Part shown: positions 32,971 to 41,559 of the stretch, in pieces
Layout: every line of letters begins with the position of its first letter
Numbering within the stretch: the stretch's first letter is position 1
IMG/VR virus record: IMGVR_UViG_3300045988_083839
Span: 1 to 42,878 of that record
DNA length: 42,878 nt
From: a virus
Direction: 5' to 3' (one strand)
Notes under the pieces: model-generated
Told to the model about the DNA's origin: nothing
The model's database searches: none
What the model saw: the letters and a program-made list of their open reading frames with translations, nothing else
Made by a program: the position numbers and the translations under genes

Positions 32971-33149
32971 CACCTCCTAACTCTTCCAGTTTCATCTCTA
33001 ATTGCTATCCGTCCAACAATTTCCACATTGCACTCTCTGGCAGCAGCCTTCATCAGCCGAATTACCAGTTCCACATTGTCCGGCTGCTTGTCTGCCCTGT
33101 GGATCGCTTTCCCAGCTGTCGGGTCAGGGTAGCCTTCTGCGTTCTTCAT
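32970..33149 (-). CDS. Small conserved protein (59 aa), unannotated in the ORF track
   Basis: My translation is MKNAEGYPDPTAGKAIHRADKQPDNVELVIRLMKAAARECNVEIVGRIAIRDETGRVRR*. I recall the MxNxEGYxDPTA family from Clostridia phages and ICEs. Confidence 0.6.
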   Translation of the reverse strand: MKNAEGYPDPTAGKAIHRADKQPDNVELVIRLMKAAARECNVEIVGRIAIRDETGRVRR

Positions 33150-33525
33150 CTCTCTCCATCCTCCTCAAATGCTTCACAACTTCATCCGCCGAAACGTGTA
33201 CATCCCTGGCAATCTCCTCGATTTTCCATCCAGCCCGGTACAGCGCACCTATCTTACCCACATCAACAGGCTTATTTGCCTCATAGACGGGCTTTTTCTC
33301 TTTACTCGACTTTCTTACCCTTGGCGGTGGTAAAACCAGCTCACAACCCCTTAACGGTTCTCCTAGCACCCTTTCCAGTTCGCTTATGTTGTCGTAATTG
33401 GGATTATATCTTTTGTGTTCCCAATCAGATATTGACTGATAGCACACACCGACAGCCAGCCCTAGTTCCGCTTGGGTCATTCCTTTTTGCTTGCGCAGCT
33501 CTTTAATCTTGTCACCAAGATCCAT
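33124..33525 (-). CDS. XRE-type HTH regulator with a second C-terminal HTH-like domain
   Basis: LGDKIKELRKQKGMTQAELGLAVGVCYQSISDWEHKR is the XRE HTH. The C-terminal IGALYRAGWKIEEIARDVHVSADEVVKHL is HTH-like. GGAGGAGGGG RBS. Confidence 0.7.
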   Translation of the reverse strand: MDLGDKIKELRKQKGMTQAELGLAVGVCYQSISDWEHKRYNPNYDNISELERVLGEPLRGCELVLPPPRVRKSSKEKKPVYEANKPVDVGKIGALYRAGWKIEEIARDVHVSADEVVKHLRRMERDEERRRLP

Positions 33526-33527
33526 TA

Positions 33528-33749
33528 TCACCCCTCCTCCAGCACTTGCCTGTGAACCTCTTCCAGTTCACACATTTTCGTACAGTCTATTTCAGCTTCA
33601 TTCCAGCTGCAATCATCGCAGTCCTTGCAGCCTTCATAATTTGTCTCTTCTGCCATTCGCCTACACTCCCGCAGGTCTGCAACCATCTCATCCGTCACAC
33701 TCACCCGGACTTCCATATGCGGCGCTGGGAAGAACTTAATCTTTTTCAT
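33528..33749 (-). CDS. Small Cys-rich protein (73 aa)
   Basis: Carries the cysteine cluster EGCKDCDDCSWNEAEIDCTKMC. Confidence 0.5.
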   Translation of the reverse strand: MKKIKFFPAPHMEVRVSVTDEMVADLRECRRMAEETNYEGCKDCDDCSWNEAEIDCTKMCELEEVHRQVLEEG

Positions 33750-33794
33750 TTCTTTCCTGCCCCCTTAAACTTATAAACATCATTCCGCTGCCGT

Positions 33795-34022
33795 TTAATC
33801 TGCGCCCGAAGGCGGTTCTGTTTTTTCGCTCTGCTCTTGCTCATCTCCAGACATCTCCTTATAAAATCGAATCACCCCCATCAGCCCCGCAAAATCCAGT
33901 TCCTTATCGCACTGGCAATGGAACACTCTCTTTCCGTCTTTGTAAATTGTCACATGCAGGTTTGTTGTCTGTACAATCTGTAATCCACCCAGACACATAG
34001 TCTGCGGCAATCTATCGCTCAT
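33795..34022 (-). CDS. Hypothetical protein (75 aa)
   Basis: ATG 34022 forms an ATGA overlap with the upstream small ORF. Confidence 0.5.
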   Translation of the reverse strand: MSDRLPQTMCLGGLQIVQTTNLHVTIYKDGKRVFHCQCDKELDFAGLMGVIRFYKEMSGDEQEQSEKTEPPSGAD

Positions 34023-34156
34023 CGGCTTCCCTCCCAACAATCACAGCTATCCTCGTACATAGTGTATTCACCATATCCATCGGACTCCTCATTGCTACAT
34101 GCAAAATCTATATCATCGTATTTATGCCATCTACAGGTTCCACATTGTTCTCTCAT
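34019..34156 (-). CDS. Small Cys-rich protein (45 aa), unannotated in the ORF track
   Basis: My translation is MREQCGTCRWHKYDDIDFACSNEESDGYGEYTMYEDSCDCWEGSR*. ATGA overlaps at both ends. Confidence 0.5.
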   Translation of the reverse strand: MREQCGTCRWHKYDDIDFACSNEESDGYGEYTMYEDSCDCWEGSR

Positions 34157-35901
34157 TTTCGCTCTCCCTTCTGAATCGACTTCAAAAATTCCACCAGCTC
34201 CGTCTCTGAATTCGGGAACCGGTTATATCTCTCATGCCTGCTCCATCTGCCATAGGCTCCAGACGGATGCTCATCCGGCTCCGGGCCTCCAACCAGATGC
34301 AGATACGAGGATTCATAGTCCATTTTTGAAAATGGGCTATAATTGTCATACACCTCTGCAATCAGCCGCGCCCCGTTGTCGAAATCATATTTGTAATACC
34401 GGCAGCCGATGTGCTCATCTTCATACCACAGCCCCCAGGATTTGTAATCCCTCAGCCACTCTTTCCGCTGGTCATTGTTTCGCATCAGCGGCAAGGGAGG
34501 CTGTTCCGGTTCATCTGGTTCCGGCTCTTCCAGGTCATGCAGCATCCTGGCCAGTGCTCCCACCAGAATTTTCTTTTTCCGGAGTAGTTTTTGCGGAAGA
34601 AGCTCCACCTTATTGACCTTTATCATTTTTTCCAGATAACCTTTCTCTTTTTCCAGCATTTCGCGAAGCAGCTCCATGTCTGTGAGTTCTTGTTCCTCCT
34701 CTGGTGCTTCCGGCTCATCCTGTTGCGATGTCGCAATTTCCTCCAGCTCATCCTCGCTGCTATTTTCGCAGCACTCAGAGGGAGTTTGCTGCATTTTTGC
34801 AGCGGCCTCCAAAGCAACCTCATTCCACATGCCCTGTATTGATGCGCACAGATAAAACCATTCTGCATTTCCCAGGCATTTACCTGCGCCGTCCCATATC
34901 TGGATATATTCCGGAAACAGATTGATGTGTGCCACGCCTCCTTGAACCGGATCCCCCAAATACCATGTACCGTGAAACCGCTCTTTTAGTTGTTTTTCAG
35001 ATTCTGTCACCAAAAGGACGCGGTTTTCATAATCATCCTTAAACCAATTTTTAAAGCGCTCAATCAGGAATCTGGCAAATGCATTACAATATACCCTTCG
35101 CGTGTCATAATCCATTACAGAGGCTTCCTGTACCTCTTCCTCCGGTTCTTCCGGGGCAAGCTCAGAAACATCCATCTGGAAGCTTACAGGCGCTTCTGAC
35201 GGCTCCTGAACCGGTTCTTCTGGCTCCAGGAACTCTGTGATTTCCATTTGTCCCTCTAAGGGATAATACGGCACTTCCTTTGGCTTTCGCATCTCTCGAA
35301 TCTGCGCTACAGTCATGTCTGGAGTTACCTGCTCCAACTGCTCAGAGTTTAGAGACAGCATCTCCTGCAGCTGCGCTTTTCCGAAATCCTGATAACGGCT
35401 GTCCAATACCGGGCTATTCCCGCCCCTGGAGAATTTATCATTTCTGGATATGTAACGGGATGTGGTTGATTTTGAAAGACCGAACCGGTCCGAAGCATAA
35501 TCCCAGATACTTTCATATCCTGCTTCCCGATATAGCTGCCTGTCTCTGATGTGTTTAAGATAATACCCAATCGCTATGACGTTCTGAGCAGCTGATACCA
35601 GATTGCTCTTGATAAAGGATTCTGTATCCTCCAGATTCAATTTTTCATACCATGCAGATACCGGCGCTTCTGGTTCGCATACGGCAGCAGGTTGCTGTTC
35701 TGGCCCGTTCTCTGGCCTGTTGGCAGAGCTATAGCATTCCATCCGACATTCTCCGTGCTTTTCGCATTCCCAGCAGCAGCTATGCGTACAGTCAGTTCCA
35801 TCTCCGGGGATTAATTTGTCTTTGTCTGTCAATGTACACTGGTATTCCTCGCGGTGCAGACACTTTCCAGATTTTCCTGGCTCCTCTCTCATCTCATTCA
35901 T
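34153..35901 (-). CDS. Large multidomain early protein (582 aa): N-terminal Cys cluster, ParB/KorB-like HTH region, two unknown C-terminal domains
   Basis: GAGGAGG RBS before ATG 35901. The Cys cluster is CTHSCCWECEKHGECRMEC. The HTH-like region is AIGYYLKHIRDRQLYREAGYESIWDYASDRFGLSKSTTSRYI. Confidence 0.55.
   Translation of the reverse strand: MNEMREEPGKSGKCLHREEYQCTLTDKDKLIPGDGTDCTHSCCWECEKHGECRMECYSSANRPENGPEQQPAAVCEPEAPVSAWYEKLNLEDTESFIKSNLVSAAQNVIAIGYYLKHIRDRQLYREAGYESIWDYASDRFGLSKSTTSRYISRNDKFSRGGNSPVLDSRYQDFGKAQLQEMLSLNSEQLEQVTPDMTVAQIREMRKPKEVPYYPLEGQMEITEFLEPEEPVQEPSEAPVSFQMDVSELAPEEPEEEVQEASVMDYDTRRVYCNAFARFLIERFKNWFKDDYENRVLLVTESEKQLKERFHGTWYLGDPVQGGVAHINLFPEYIQIWDGAGKCLGNAEWFYLCASIQGMWNEVALEAAAKMQQTPSECCENSSEDELEEIATSQQDEPEAPEEEQELTDMELLREMLEKEKGYLEKMIKVNKVELLPQKLLRKKKILVGALARMLHDLEEPEPDEPEQPPLPLMRNNDQRKEWLRDYKSWGLWYEDEHIGCRYYKYDFDNGARLIAEVYDNYSPFSKMDYESSYLHLVGGPEPDEHPSGAYGRWSRHERYNRFPNSETELVEFLKSIQKGERK
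34723..34736. promoter_or_regulatory. Palindrome TTGCGATGTCGCAA (copy 4, perfect, intragenic)
   Basis: Same 6+2+6 dyad as 5971 and 24333. It lies inside the 582-aa CDS. Confidence 0.35.
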
Positions 35902-35973
35902 GATTTCCTCCTCTTGTGAATCGACTTCAAAATTATCGATTTTCCTCCTGTAGCATCCTCTCTTCAATGTGCT

Positions 35974-36198
35974 TCACTCCGCATTACCCTTTCTTGCCCT
36001 GAAATCCATGATCGCAATTAAATCCGAAACTAAATTTCTCGCAAGGAAGCAGTTATGTTTTTTCATGAGTTGCTTCCCCTCATTAACAATCTCTTCCCAT
36101 CCGACACTATCAGATATATCTGGAAGGCTATCCCGGTATTTCATCCAGAACCCATTGTATATATCCGTAAACACGGAAGATACTTCTTTGTTTGTCAT
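35974..36198 (-). CDS. Hypothetical protein (74 aa)
   Basis: GGAGAGGAAAG RBS. First gene downstream of the origin region. Confidence 0.5.
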   Translation of the reverse strand: MTNKEVSSVFTDIYNGFWMKYRDSLPDISDSVGWEEIVNEGKQLMKKHNCFLARNLVSDLIAIMDFRARKGNAE

Positions 36199-36204
36199 AG
36201 TTCT

Positions 36205-36508
36205 TTCCTCTCCAGTTACATTGAGTTACAATGATTTGTAACCATTTCATACCCCTCAAACCCGCATAAAATATAGGTTTCTTCTTGTCGGTTACAAAGT
36301 TACAAGGTTACAACACTTTTTTCCCTATACGCGCGAGACACATATATTATTAATTTTTCATTCATATATATCTCCCTATATAGGCTTATAAAAAACTTGT
36401 AACTTTTGTAACCTTGTAACCGTACCCCTCAAACCCGCATAAAACCTAGGTTTTTCGGTTACAAATCGATTCAAAATTTTTTAACCTTTCCATAAAAATC
36501 TGTAACCC
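36205..36508. promoter_or_regulatory. Candidate origin of replication (iterons plus AT-rich core)
   Basis: GTTACA(A) sits at 36215, 36225, 36291, 36299, 36307 and 36448. The inverted TTGTAAC sits at 36236, 36397, 36406 and 36414, with TGTAAC at 36501. AT-rich core spans 36314-36396. A 22-bp direct repeat tacccctcaaacccgcataaaa occurs at 36250 and 36423. Confidence 0.65.
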
Positions 36509-38344
36509 TTAATTAAATGGAAGCTCTCCATCTTCAACCGAAACAAATTCATTTGGTGAATTTTCGGCCATATTAATGCAGGCGCACCTGACCGCCTTTC
36601 CGTTTACCTTTGCGGATTTATACAGGTTATCACGCCCCTTTGAGAGGCGTCCAGACTGGTCTAACCATGATAGCAGCGCTCTTGGACTATAGCCTCCATC
36701 ATCGCAAATACGTTCAAACACGCTCTTAATAATGCGAACCTCGTCACCAGAGACAGATCCGAAGCATGGGTCAGAATTTGTTTCGAATTTAGCTGCATTA
36801 CTGACATAAAAATCATGAACGTATTCATATCCTCTGGCTCCTACGTCTACAGCCTCTTTTGTATGAAGGTACGGCTCTATATCTTCGGCAGTCAACGCCC
36901 TTCCATCACAGAAAATCCACTCCGTAGCTAATGCATCCGCTGTCAGAAGAATCGCTGCTGCCATAGTCTGTTTTTCTGTGCTGGATGCCCCTATGCTCCG
37001 ATAAAACTGTTTGTAAAGAGCAGCGGCCTTCTCTTTGGCTTGTTCTGTAGACATGAATGCCATAAACAACTTACCGGCATGTCCATAATTGGATCGAATT
37101 ACCTCCAGAACTTCTATCGCATCCTCAAACAATGCTTCCCGACATTCAATTTCTATAATACGGTTTATTGCACCTGCTCCAGACGAAGCATGAGTGATAG
37201 GGGATTCTCCGGAAGTGATGGTGCAATTCTTCCATGTAGGCGTCTTTTGCAGTCCTCCCGTTTTGGAACCTCTCGTTTTTCCTATTCCTTCACACAACAT
37301 GTATACGGTCTGTTCGAATGATTTTTTATCTTTTACTAACTGAAATTCATCCAATATCAGAGGTAAATTATTCACAAACCCGGCCAACTGCTCCAACCCT
37401 ACCAGCGTCCCATTGAATGTCTGAAGGTACCCAGCTCCATCGTTCGGGTCACCCCAAACAGATACTGCTAAAAGCTGCGCGACCGTTTTTCCTGTTCCGG
37501 AGCCTCCCCAAAAATGCAACATAAAGTTAAGTTTACCGATTGTTTTAATGATGATAGATGCAAAGGATGCCGCCAGCGCTATTCTGGCTGCTGAATCTGT
37601 CTTTCTGACAGACTTAGTAATTTCAAGCCACTTTTCAAATTCTCCACATGAGTGGACTGATTCAAATATCTTTCTAAAATTCTCCTGCCCATCAAATTCC
37701 AGATTCTCCATATACGGACTAAACATTCCGTTGGAAGTCCATCCAAGATGGCTTACAGATTGTGCTTCTGGGATTGTATTATGGTTTAAATCCTCTAAAT
37801 CCTGCAAGTACTCCACTAGAAAAGCAGCGTTTTTATCCGAAACAGAAATGTCTTTGTCTGCCAGTTTTTTTATTTCCCTGGAACTAAATAACGTGCTCTT
37901 ATTCGCAATTACTTCTCGCCATCCACGGAAATCCCTCCGAAACATGATTCGCAGCCGTACAGTCCCGTCATCAATGTTTACCAGACGCTGCACTGGAAGA
38001 ATCGGATGTACGCAAGCAACGTCCATTCCCTGGTTATCATTCCGACGTAAAATTCCGTCATCATTTGCAAACCAGTCTCCGGTCAGCAGCTCTATCGGCT
38101 GATCCTTAAAGTTTGTTAGGTTATTTACTACGCTACTTAGGCCGCTTCTATGCTCTTCGTGCTGCTTCATATAGGCTTTTACCATTGCTCCAAAGCGCTT
38201 AAAACCTACGCGCTCCGCATTTGCATTCAAATCATTATAGAGCTGCAGATACGCGAATCCGTCATCTTTCTTCTCAAACAGGAGGCGATATGGAGCTTCT
38301 GTATTAAATTCTTCTTTTGTAAACTCCTTTAATGAAGTGCTCAT
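36509..38344 (-). CDS. SF3-type replicative helicase (DUF927/VirE/P4-alpha C-terminal-like)
   Basis: Walker A is HFWGGSGTGKT and Walker B is LPLILDEF. It has a large N-terminal domain and lies adjacent to the iterons. Confidence 0.75.
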   Translation of the reverse strand: MSTSLKEFTKEEFNTEAPYRLLFEKKDDGFAYLQLYNDLNANAERVGFKRFGAMVKAYMKQHEEHRSGLSSVVNNLTNFKDQPIELLTGDWFANDDGILRRNDNQGMDVACVHPILPVQRLVNIDDGTVRLRIMFRRDFRGWREVIANKSTLFSSREIKKLADKDISVSDKNAAFLVEYLQDLEDLNHNTIPEAQSVSHLGWTSNGMFSPYMENLEFDGQENFRKIFESVHSCGEFEKWLEITKSVRKTDSAARIALAASFASIIIKTIGKLNFMLHFWGGSGTGKTVAQLLAVSVWGDPNDGAGYLQTFNGTLVGLEQLAGFVNNLPLILDEFQLVKDKKSFEQTVYMLCEGIGKTRGSKTGGLQKTPTWKNCTITSGESPITHASSGAGAINRIIEIECREALFEDAIEVLEVIRSNYGHAGKLFMAFMSTEQAKEKAAALYKQFYRSIGASSTEKQTMAAAILLTADALATEWIFCDGRALTAEDIEPYLHTKEAVDVGARGYEYVHDFYVSNAAKFETNSDPCFGSVSGDEVRIIKSVFERICDDGGYSPRALLSWLDQSGRLSKGRDNLYKSAKVNGKAVRCACINMAENSPNEFVSVEDGELPFN

Positions 38345-38871
38345 TCAAGTTTTCTCATCTCCTCCCAGTCTTTTTTCGTTCCGAACGCCAGCGTTTGATA
38401 GTGATATTTATTCTTCTCTTTCATGTTTATGGCAGTCACCCATTCATCGGAAAACGGTTCTAACCCCGGAAGAATCTCATCCAGCATTCTAAGCACCGCA
38501 CAAGCCTCTCCAATGCGTTTCATCCTCCACATAAGCATTTCCCTGTCTGCATCTTTTTGAGCGATTCTCTGGCGTTGTAGCGCTTCCCTTCTCCGCTGTG
38601 ATGCCAGTCTGCTACACGGACTATATGTACCGCCCAGAATGCGGAAGGCGTCCCTAAAAGAAACGTCTTCCATTTTCTGAACAAATGCAAAAATATCTCC
38701 ATTTGCCCCGCAGGCATGACAGTGAAAGTCTTTTTCGTAAACTTTGAGAGATGGAGTCCGATCGCCCTGATGGAACGGACAGGAAATGAACCCTGACCTG
38801 TTTGGAATCAACCCATATCTCTCTACAATCTCTTTCATACTGTACTGAGCTTTAATTTCTTCTACCGTCAT
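38341..38871 (-). CDS. CHC2 (DnaG-type) zinc-finger protein
   Basis: The finger is ISCPFHQGDRTPSLKVYEKDFHCHACGANGDIFAF. I recognise no Toprim region. Confidence 0.7.
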   Translation of the reverse strand: MTVEEIKAQYSMKEIVERYGLIPNRSGFISCPFHQGDRTPSLKVYEKDFHCHACGANGDIFAFVQKMEDVSFRDAFRILGGTYSPCSRLASQRRREALQRQRIAQKDADREMLMWRMKRIGEACAVLRMLDEILPGLEPFSDEWVTAINMKEKNKYHYQTLAFGTKKDWEEMRKLE

Positions 38872-39301
38872 ATTCCAGCAACTCCAATATCCTGCGCCCA
38901 GTGCTTCTTTTATCGCAAAATAAAAATTCCACTCCATAAGCAATATGAGCTCTGTATATTTCATTCATCAGAGAACGACCAGAAACTTTTGAGTATGGAT
39001 TTTTCCATGCAGCCACATCTTTGATAGAATGAATTTTCCCTCCGTGCTCACAAAGAACAATCATCTTAATACCGTCTGCTTTAGATCTTCGTATTTCTCT
39101 CCAAAATCGGCTCTGGTCACTACTGCATAGGTTTTGTGTCAGCTCTATCAGGTCTTTCTTCCGGTCTACAGTGATGGTCATTTTTTCGGAATCCATATAG
39201 TCACCCGTGTCCAGTTTTTCGATTTTATATGGGATATTATGCTTATCGAAATATTCAATAATCCTTTGATTCGCCTTTTCTCGGCTATCACAAATAATCA
39301 A
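38852..39301 (-). CDS. ERCC4-type (Mus81/Hef-like) nuclease, candidate junction resolvase
   Basis: ICDSRE...LDTGDY...VDRKKDLIEL matches the ERCC4 GDx(n)ERKxxxD logic. TTG start with an AGGAGGG RBS. Confidence 0.6.
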   Translation of the reverse strand: MIICDSREKANQRIIEYFDKHNIPYKIEKLDTGDYMDSEKMTITVDRKKDLIELTQNLCSSDQSRFWREIRRSKADGIKMIVLCEHGGKIHSIKDVAAWKNPYSKVSGRSLMNEIYRAHIAYGVEFLFCDKRSTGRRILELLEYDGRRN

Positions 39302-39312
39302 CCAAATCCCTC

Positions 39313-39714
39313 CTAGTTAAATAGCAGCTCATCGTCCTCAACATCATCTGGAATGTTCACAAATCCATCAGCGTCAGTCTTTGGAGGGATACTGGAGCCA
39401 TTATTGCTCTTGCTTCCGCAGAAATTCACTTTGTCAATCAGGCAGATGGTCCGGCTCTTTTTGTCCCCATCCTTTTCCCATTCCTCTGTGACCATATGCC
39501 CCTCAATAAGAATTTCCTGACCTTTTCGGAAATATTTATCCAGAAATTCTGCCGTCTGTCTCCATGCCTTGCATCTCATAAAGCATCTTGTTTCAACTTC
39601 CTTGTATTTCTCTGACCAGGCGATCGTAAATTCTGTATTAGCCACATCACTCTGAGTTCGTCTCAGTTCAATATCTGCAGTTAATCTGCCCTGTAAAATC
39701 ATCTTATTTATCAT
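39313..39714 (-). CDS. ssb: Single-stranded DNA-binding protein
   Basis: The OB-fold N-terminus is MINKMILQGRLTADIELR. The acidic tail is DDVEDDELLFN. GAGGAG RBS. Confidence 0.8.
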   Translation of the reverse strand: MINKMILQGRLTADIELRRTQSDVANTEFTIAWSEKYKEVETRCFMRCKAWRQTAEFLDKYFRKGQEILIEGHMVTEEWEKDGDKKSRTICLIDKVNFCGSKSNNGSSIPPKTDADGFVNIPDDVEDDELLFN

Positions 39715-40219
39715 TGCTATTCTCCTCACTGTCCTGTTCTTTTTTTACTCGCTTCATACACTCTAAACAAAGTTCACGACCGCAGTTTCGCTTCGATATC
39801 TCAGCCAGTTCTTCCGGATTCTTCCCTGCAGAAGCTATGATTTCCTTTCCACAATCCGTGCAGAAGATTTTTTTCATAGACGGAACCTTTGGCCGGATGC
39901 GCAATGCTTCGACCGTCTCTCCAAACGCCTTTACCTTTGCAGAATAAACTGTTATGTATTTGCCAATCCAGTCCTCTATGTATGGGGAATCGTAAATTTT
40001 TGCAATTGTCTTACAGTTTGTCACATTCAAAATCATTGGCTTTACGCCTTTATCCGTGAAATGCGCAACTGTGCATGTCTCTTTTTTGTTATTATTGACA
40101 TTGTATACATCTTCCTGTCCTACAGACTTAATCTGCAGCGTCAAGTCCTGTCCTGGCTGAAGTGCATATGAGCCAAGATAATCAGGATTTTCTAATTTCT
40201 TCCAGTGCGTCTTATCCAT
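39704..40219 (-). CDS. Hypothetical protein with C-terminal zinc ribbon
   Basis: The ribbon is CTDCGKEI...CGRELCLEC. It sits between the nuclease and SSB genes. Confidence 0.5.
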   Translation of the reverse strand: MDKTHWKKLENPDYLGSYALQPGQDLTLQIKSVGQEDVYNVNNNKKETCTVAHFTDKGVKPMILNVTNCKTIAKIYDSPYIEDWIGKYITVYSAKVKAFGETVEALRIRPKVPSMKKIFCTDCGKEIIASAGKNPEELAEISKRNCGRELCLECMKRVKKEQDSEENSNDK

Positions 40220-40997
40220 CAATATCCTCCTCCAACAACTCTGTCACCATGTTTTCCGGACCCTCGTATCCGTACCAATTCCCAGTTTTCTTACACTGGT
40301 GATAAATCCCAATCAATTCCCGGAATTTATCGTAGCCCTGCTGAACGAACTCCGGCGTGCAAATATATACTCGAACCGCATAGGGTGGCTTCTTTTCCTG
40401 GGCGACAAATGCAAATCTGTACTGTTCGAACGTGTTCTGAAACACACCCTCTGTATACATACCTGCCTGGAATTTGTATCCATATTTCCTACAGGACCGC
40501 TCAAAGTGCCCATCTTCGCAGGAATCTGTTGTTTTATAGTCAACGATATATTTCTCACCATTCCATTCAGAAATGCAATCTACCCGACATTTACACGCTT
40601 CCCCGGTTAAATCATCCTTCCAGAAAAATGACTGCTCAACAGTTCCAGACAGAAGCGCTGCCGCTACCTCATTTTCCTTTACAGTTTTTGCCATTTCTGC
40701 GATTACTTCATAATCATCTCTGGAAATAATTTCCTTATCTGAAAACGCAGATGCGAACTCTTCCCACTCTTTTCGTCCGGCCACTGTTCTCCTATTTACA
40801 TCCGGAGCAATAGCGAATTCTGAAAAGAAGCTGTTCGGCTCCAAAATAGCTTTATGTGTCGCTCTTCCAAATGCAAGAGCCTTGCTGTCAGAGTCCGGAT
40901 GCTCCTGCGACCATTTAAAGTGCAGCGGGCTCTTTGCTATCTTCCACAACTCTGACCGGCTGATTCCGTATGCAGCCCTATATTCATTTTGCGTCAC
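40212..40997 (-). CDS. PD-(D/E)XK nuclease (RecB/Cas4-like phage exonuclease)
   Basis: Motifs are VDCI...YIVDYKT and QAGMY. GTG 40997 has an AAGGAGG 9 nt upstream. Confidence 0.7.
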   Translation of the reverse strand: MTQNEYRAAYGISRSELWKIAKSPLHFKWSQEHPDSDSKALAFGRATHKAILEPNSFFSEFAIAPDVNRRTVAGRKEWEEFASAFSDKEIISRDDYEVIAEMAKTVKENEVAAALLSGTVEQSFFWKDDLTGEACKCRVDCISEWNGEKYIVDYKTTDSCEDGHFERSCRKYGYKFQAGMYTEGVFQNTFEQYRFAFVAQEKKPPYAVRVYICTPEFVQQGYDKFRELIGIYHQCKKTGNWYGYEGPENMVTELLEEDIDG

Positions 40998-41196
40998 GAC
41001 GTCTCTCCTCCTTATCAAAAACCACCCTGTCAACGGATTCCAAAATGATTAAACTGACCAGATCCTTCATGGATAAAGTGCATTCGTTATAAATTTCAAT
41101 CAATGCATTATACGCCTCCGGAGAAACCCGGATAACTTGACTGGTTTCTACCGGCTCTCGGTTCCTTGCTGGAACATGAATCATACCATCCTTCAC
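40984..41196 (-). CDS. Hypothetical protein (70 aa)
   Basis: GTG start with AAGGAGG 8 nt upstream. GTGA overlap with the upstream ORF. Confidence 0.5.
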   Translation of the reverse strand: MKDGMIHVPARNREPVETSQVIRVSPEAYNALIEIYNECTLSMKDLVSLIILESVDRVVFDKEERRRDAK

Positions 41197-41354
41197 TCTT
41201 CTTCCTCCTTATACCAGTTCCCGGAGTAGTACCACTTCACAAACTCCTCTCGCTCATCTTTTGTACCATTTGCGCAACGCTCCAAAGCGTATCTAAAAGC
41301 CTTGTCATCATCTACTACAGTTCCTTCTTCAGGTCCAAGTCCAATGTACGGCAT
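41193..41354 (-). CDS. Small protein (53 aa), unannotated in the ORF track
   Basis: My translation is MPYIGLGPEEGTVVDDDKAFRYALERCANGTKDEREEFVKWYYSGNWYKEEEE*. GGAGGAGAAAGA RBS. Confidence 0.5.
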   Translation of the reverse strand: MPYIGLGPEEGTVVDDDKAFRYALERCANGTKDEREEFVKWYYSGNWYKEEEE

Positions 41355-41515
41355 TCTTTCTCCTCCAGTTCAACTCCCAATATGGCAGCTATCACATCAC
41401 AAGGAGCCCAATTGTCCTTCTGTGCGTTCAAACATCTTCCTGCTGCATTAATTCGCTCCATGAGCATTAAGAGCTCTTCTGACGGATTTTCTGGAGTAAA
41501 TGTTTCTTTTACCAT
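41315..41515 (-). CDS. Hypothetical protein (66 aa)
   Basis: GAGGAGG RBS 6 nt before the ATG. Confidence 0.55.
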   Translation of the reverse strand: MVKETFTPENPSEELLMLMERINAAGRCLNAQKDNWAPCDVIAAILGVELEEKECRTLDLDLKKEL

Positions 41516-41559
41516 TGCAATCCTCCTCTAAATCCCCTATAATAAAGGTGTATTGTTTT

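Noticed and set aside
36205-36508. CRISPR array or other spacer-repeat locus
   Set aside because: The repeats are 7-mers in both orientations with irregular short spacing around an AT-rich core. There are no cas genes, so the region fits replication iterons.
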